DNA from: Candidatus Bathyarchaeota archaeon
Lineage (GTDB): Archaea; Thermoproteota; Bathyarchaeia; 40CM-2-53-6; RBG-13-38-9
Reading direction: 5' to 3'
DNA length: 64,000 nt
Assembly (NCBI GenBank): GCA_963807605.1
Contig: CAWECG010000003.1
Coordinates: forward strand, 736,001-800,000
In this document: piece after piece, positions 60,422 to 64,000 of the stretch
Numbering within the stretch: the stretch's first letter is position 1
How the letters are laid out: the number at the start of each line of letters is the position of its first letter
The notes under the pieces: model-generated
The model's input: the letters and a program-made list of their open reading frames with translations, nothing else
What the model was told of the DNA's origin: nothing
The model's database searches: none
Made by a program: the position numbers and the translations under genes

Positions 60422-61894
60422 TTAGCTGGTGAGCGACGACGACGAAACATTAATTCTGTGAGGGAATACCGGGTAGCACTGTGAAACGATTTCGAGTATT
60501 CTGTCGACTATGCGACAAACATCCGGAATAACATCGGGCAGGCTGCGTGGAGAGCCTCTTGGAATCCTGTGAAGTCTATGAAGTGGATTACCGCAGAGCG
60601 CAAATTCCGCATCACGCAATCCGCCCCAATGTCCATGAGAAAAAGTTGACATCCAAGAATAGAAGCAGTCGTACACATCTTTGGCACCGGCCTCTATACT
60701 GATCTTTCTGAGGTCTGCGTTCGCCCAGTGACCCAGTTCAATGGGCAAGAATTCTTGCCAGATGTCTTCGTTGGCGAGTGCTCGAAGCGTATCCGTATTT
60801 ACATAGCTCGATTTCTCGTTCAGGTGGTTCAGTTTTAGGTAGGATAACTTCACTTGGCCAGCGCCAAAGATCCTATATGATTTCCAGAGGTCATCCGTGT
60901 CTTTCACTGCTAGATACTTCAAAGTGATGTAACACTCCACAATAGTTCTAAGAATAATGCGCCCAGAAATGGAGTGGCTCAGGTGATTTCTGCACAGTTC
61001 CACGACTAAGCTGAGACAATAAAGCGCGATACCGAAAGTGGTGTCGTGGCGTGGATCTAATGCCGTTGTCGTTCTAGATTTGTTGCAGTGTTCCAAAAGG
61101 AGATCGTAAAGTTCCTTCACACGACTATCGGTACCCTCAAGGCTGTGCTCACTCGCTTGGACTTCTGGGATAGAATAGCAAGGAGTGTCACGCAGACATT
61201 GCTGCCAGAACGTGGCAGGCCATCTTCTGATCGTTTTATCAACTTGCCTGAAGGTTATTTCCATTGAGCGAATCGTCGGTTTGACTTTTCGCTGGTCTCC
61301 ACGGTCAGGGTAAAATAGGATTTCTTCTGCTATCTCTCTGTGTTCAGAAGAAAATTTTATTTTCCTAGAGACCATCATGCACAGCACTCTCACCCATCGG
61401 CAGTCCGTCGATTCTTGCGATTGATGATTGAGTATACTTGCCACAGCAAGCATTAGCGCCTCCCAATCTGTGCTCGAAGGAGAATCCTTGATCTTACTTG
61501 CCCATTCTCTTCTAGAGGGAATGTCCAACAGAAGAAGAGGCCTGAGTATGCGTCTATGTTCGTCGACTTCGACAAGAATATCTAGAATTTCATCGAGAAC
61601 AGGTGGTCTTAGATTCGAAAGACCAGTGTGTGTTATGTCGTCAGGGCGATCATTCCCCTGAAACTCAGCTACATATTTCACTATTTTTCGCAATACTGTC
61701 AAAGCATCTGGGCGAGGAAGATGTGAGAGCAAAAGTGACGTCCAAATGAACTCAGGTAGAAAGTCATCGATCCATGACATTGGCTGCAAATTCGGAATAG
61801 TTGCAAGCGACGGAATTAGGGTACCCTTGCTTAGCTTGTGCTGATCAATTGTTGAGTGATCATTCTTTGAAAGTGGTGTGCCTTGATTGGTCAA
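60422..61894 (-). CDS. DUF5677-like hypothetical protein
   Basis: SW.DD.LPEFIW, ILRTIVE.YI.L.YL, FSHG.WG, C.NPLHRLH. Confidence 0.65.
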   Translation of the reverse strand: MTNQGTPLSKNDHSTIDQHKLSKGTLIPSLATIPNLQPMSWIDDFLPEFIWTSLLLSHLPRPDALTVLRKIVKYVAEFQGNDRPDDITHTGLSNLRPPVLDEILDILVEVDEHRRILRPLLLLDIPSRREWASKIKDSPSSTDWEALMLAVASILNHQSQESTDCRWVRVLCMMVSRKIKFSSEHREIAEEILFYPDRGDQRKVKPTIRSMEITFRQVDKTIRRWPATFWQQCLRDTPCYSIPEVQASEHSLEGTDSRVKELYDLLLEHCNKSRTTTALDPRHDTTFGIALYCLSLVVELCRNHLSHSISGRIILRTIVECYITLKYLAVKDTDDLWKSYRIFGAGQVKLSYLKLNHLNEKSSYVNTDTLRALANEDIWQEFLPIELGHWANADLRKISIEAGAKDVYDCFYSWMSTFSHGHWGGLRDAEFALCGNPLHRLHRIPRGSPRSLPDVIPDVCRIVDRILEIVSQCYPVFPHRINVSSSSLTS

Positions 61895-62039
61895 AGTTAT
61901 TCTTCCTCAAGCTTATGCTAATCACAAGGTGAACTAATCACATACTCTCGCTGATCAAGTTGAAGTCTCCACATCTGTAACACTTTGGAGGTTGTTTTAC
62001 ACGAACACGCCCGCGAGTAGGGACGCCAATAGCTCCTTC

Positions 62040-63182
62040 CTAATGGTAGTCCGTTGGGTCTCCGGGGATCCAGTTTTCAAGAGGTTCCTTCAGAATAGTT
62101 GGCAATTGAGCATCATTGAAACATCTGTCTATCTGGTACATGTTCCTTTGCAGGTCACTCCCAAGTTTCGCCTTGATTGAAGTCGCAACCGGATCAACCA
62201 GAAATATCTTCAGCGCGAGATTTTCCTTGACCGCATTATAAAACACGTTGTTTACCGCTTCGTCTCTAAAGGAATAACCAATGACGATGCACACCGGGGT
62301 TCTCTTCAATTTCTCTTGAAACAAATGAAATAGTTCAAAGAAAGGATCTTGATAGATATATTTCGTTTGAATTGGATAGATCAACAATTCTCCGCGAATG
62401 TTATCTCCGTAGAGTGTTTTCTCTTGCCTCGCTGGCAGCAAGATAATTTCCCCTTTGTCAGTTATCCACTGGTCTATTGAACCGTGAAGCTTGTGAAGGC
62501 GAATGCGTTCGTCTCCGGCGAATCCTTCGTGTTGATGGAGATTCTTGATGTTGAAAATCATTTTGGTCTTGGTTGGATCCGCGTCGAATCCGTTTGTCAT
62601 TGGTATCATTTTCTTGTTACAGTATAGTTCTATGCAGAGGTCATAGTTAGTGGTGATTATGTCGACCGGAAGGTAAGTGGTTGCCGTGCCCGAAAGTCTG
62701 GCTGATATTATGTTGGTAATCCGTTCAGGAGATCTCGAAGCCTTAACTCTGAGAATGTTCAGCGCCTCAAAAAGTGAATCGTAGGTTTTAGTCATCTTGT
62801 CGATCTGTTCCTCTTTCAATCGAGAGGTCTCGTAGATGTAGTTCTTGATGGCTTGAATCGTATTCTCAAGATCTGGACGTTTAGGCAGTTGATCAATGGC
62901 ACTATATTGGGATAAGTACCATGGGAAGGGCCCAGAATCTCGAACGGCCTCTTTGGGGCTCATATAGCTGGTTAGAACGGTCAAGACCGATTCCAGATCG
63001 GGTGTAAAACCGAATTCTCTAATCTTCTTTTGAATTGACTCGATATCGTATTTGTTGATAGAGGGTATCTGCTTGATCTCATCGGTCATTTCCTGTAAAG
63101 TAGGAATGTCGAAACTCCTTGAGGCTCCTGCACCAAGAAAGACAATCACAAGAACCAACCCCCGCAAGCTACTAAGGCGCAC
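62040..63182 (-). CDS. SIR2-like domain protein (SIR2_2 type)
   Basis: FLGAGAS, TTNYD..IE, KLHGSI.., IGYSFRD. Confidence 0.88.
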   Translation of the reverse strand: MRLSSLRGLVLVIVFLGAGASRSFDIPTLQEMTDEIKQIPSINKYDIESIQKKIREFGFTPDLESVLTVLTSYMSPKEAVRDSGPFPWYLSQYSAIDQLPKRPDLENTIQAIKNYIYETSRLKEEQIDKMTKTYDSLFEALNILRVKASRSPERITNIISARLSGTATTYLPVDIITTNYDLCIELYCNKKMIPMTNGFDADPTKTKMIFNIKNLHQHEGFAGDERIRLHKLHGSIDQWITDKGEIILLPARQEKTLYGDNIRGELLIYPIQTKYIYQDPFFELFHLFQEKLKRTPVCIVIGYSFRDEAVNNVFYNAVKENLALKIFLVDPVATSIKAKLGSDLQRNMYQIDRCFNDAQLPTILKEPLENWIPGDPTDYH

Positions 63183-63183
63183 G

Positions 63184-64000
63184 CTAACTAGGAATAGTTT
63201 CCTCTGGGTAGTTTAGTCTGAAGAAATCCCTTACAATTTGGTCTTTGAGCTTGTAGTTTCCTTCCATTTTGAATATCAAATCGAACTCGATGAGTTTAGT
63301 CAAGTATCGAATCAGCCACTCCGGCCTTAGGCCCGTTTCTTTAGCAATTTTTGAAACGCTCATTTCTTCTTTTGAGAGAGCTCTTAGTATTCTCGCATAG
63401 TTCGTTTCTGTGACTTTAGAACCTAGATCATCGCTTAAAATATAGTTAACATACAAATAGAGGCCTCCAGTAACATTAGTCAACAGTCGCTCATATCTTT
63501 CTGCAACAGCCTCTCCCGGTCTTCTCGCTTCTGCCATTACAAGAAGGTAGAAAGGGTGCCCTCCTACAAGTCTGTAGACTTCTTCAGCTTCATTACGATC
63601 TACTTCTAGAGCTGCATTCAAGTAGAGCTCCCTAGCGTCTTTTTCCTCAAGAGGCCCAACCTCAATCAAGTTGAATCTGCCAAATAATGGTGAACCACCT
63701 TCACCAAATATACTCTTTAACATATGGACTCTGGAACCACTTAAGATGATGGAGACTCCTGCCAACTCATCTATGATTGATCTGAACTGATCCATCACAT
63801 TTTTCATACCGTCAAATCTAGTCCATTCAATGATTTTCTGAGCTTCATCCAAGATTATGACGACTCTTGTCCCTGAGACAGTGGCCAAATGGGAAGCGTA
63901 AGAAAAGGCTTTTCCAAAAGATTCAGTAAATCTTGGTTTTTCGTTCGCAAAAGCAGGTCTAATTGTCCAAACAGGTTTTCCGACATCATCTAGAGTGAGA
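63184..64000 (-). CDS. Archaeal ATPase with C-terminal wHTH, truncated by the window edge
   Basis: Frame open to the edge; VIILDEAQ, LSGS, SPLFGR, GGHPFYL. Confidence 0.85.
   Translation of the reverse strand, partial: LTLDDVGKPVWTIRPAFANEKPRFTESFGKAFSYASHLATVSGTRVVIILDEAQKIIEWTRFDGMKNVMDQFRSIIDELAGVSIILSGSRVHMLKSIFGEGGSPLFGRFNLIEVGPLEEKDARELYLNAALEVDRNEAEEVYRLVGGHPFYLLVMAEARRPGEAVAERYERLLTNVTGGLYLYVNYILSDDLGSKVTETNYARILRALSKEEMSVSKIAKETGLRPEWLIRYLTKLIEFDLIFKMEGNYKLKDQIVRDFFRLNYPEETIPS

Noticed and set aside
1076-62180. Numerous antisense and overlapping ORFs in the track (for example 25289-25972, 7543-7989, 42540-42965, 14587-15081, 34737-35117)
   Set aside because: They are shadows of well-supported genes or tRNA sequences on the other strand and have no motifs of their own.
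1-64000. CRISPR array or rRNA genes
   Set aside because: No regularly spaced 25-40 bp repeats with unique spacers and no rRNA-like sequence seen.

Overview
Archaeal chromosome segment, most likely TACK and probably Bathyarchaeia (intron-containing tRNAs with bulge-helix-bulge motifs, GTG/TTG starts, an AglH/GlmM/Trm112/GDH core block, a PVGG-type C-terminal anchor remnant). A conserved core block at about 35.1-48.8 kb, bounded by tRNA-Leu(GAG, two introns) and tRNA-Gln(TTG, D-loop intron), is flanked by two patchwork accessory regions full of gene fragments. A 5.5 kb tyrosine-integrase element sits in the 3' end of tRNA-Leu. It has 21-bp att repeats, its reconstructed attP is a perfect 14-bp hairpin, and it carries an intact IS5 and an IS6 remnant. 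The most unusual signal is a set of alternating (GC)n runs, 10 of them at least 8 nt long. They are confined to the accessory regions, and at least five fall at points where recognisable genes are cut or internally deleted. This suggests an undescribed end-joining or recombination process that leaves a self-complementary GCGCGCGC scar. Other notable items are a mosaic of tRNA pieces at 14.6-14.9 kb, a non-coding repeat of about 120 bp shared by two islands, a Tyr/Gln-rich microprotein and candidate defence genes (TIR-like, Sir2-like). All family calls are from motif recognition only; no searches were run.
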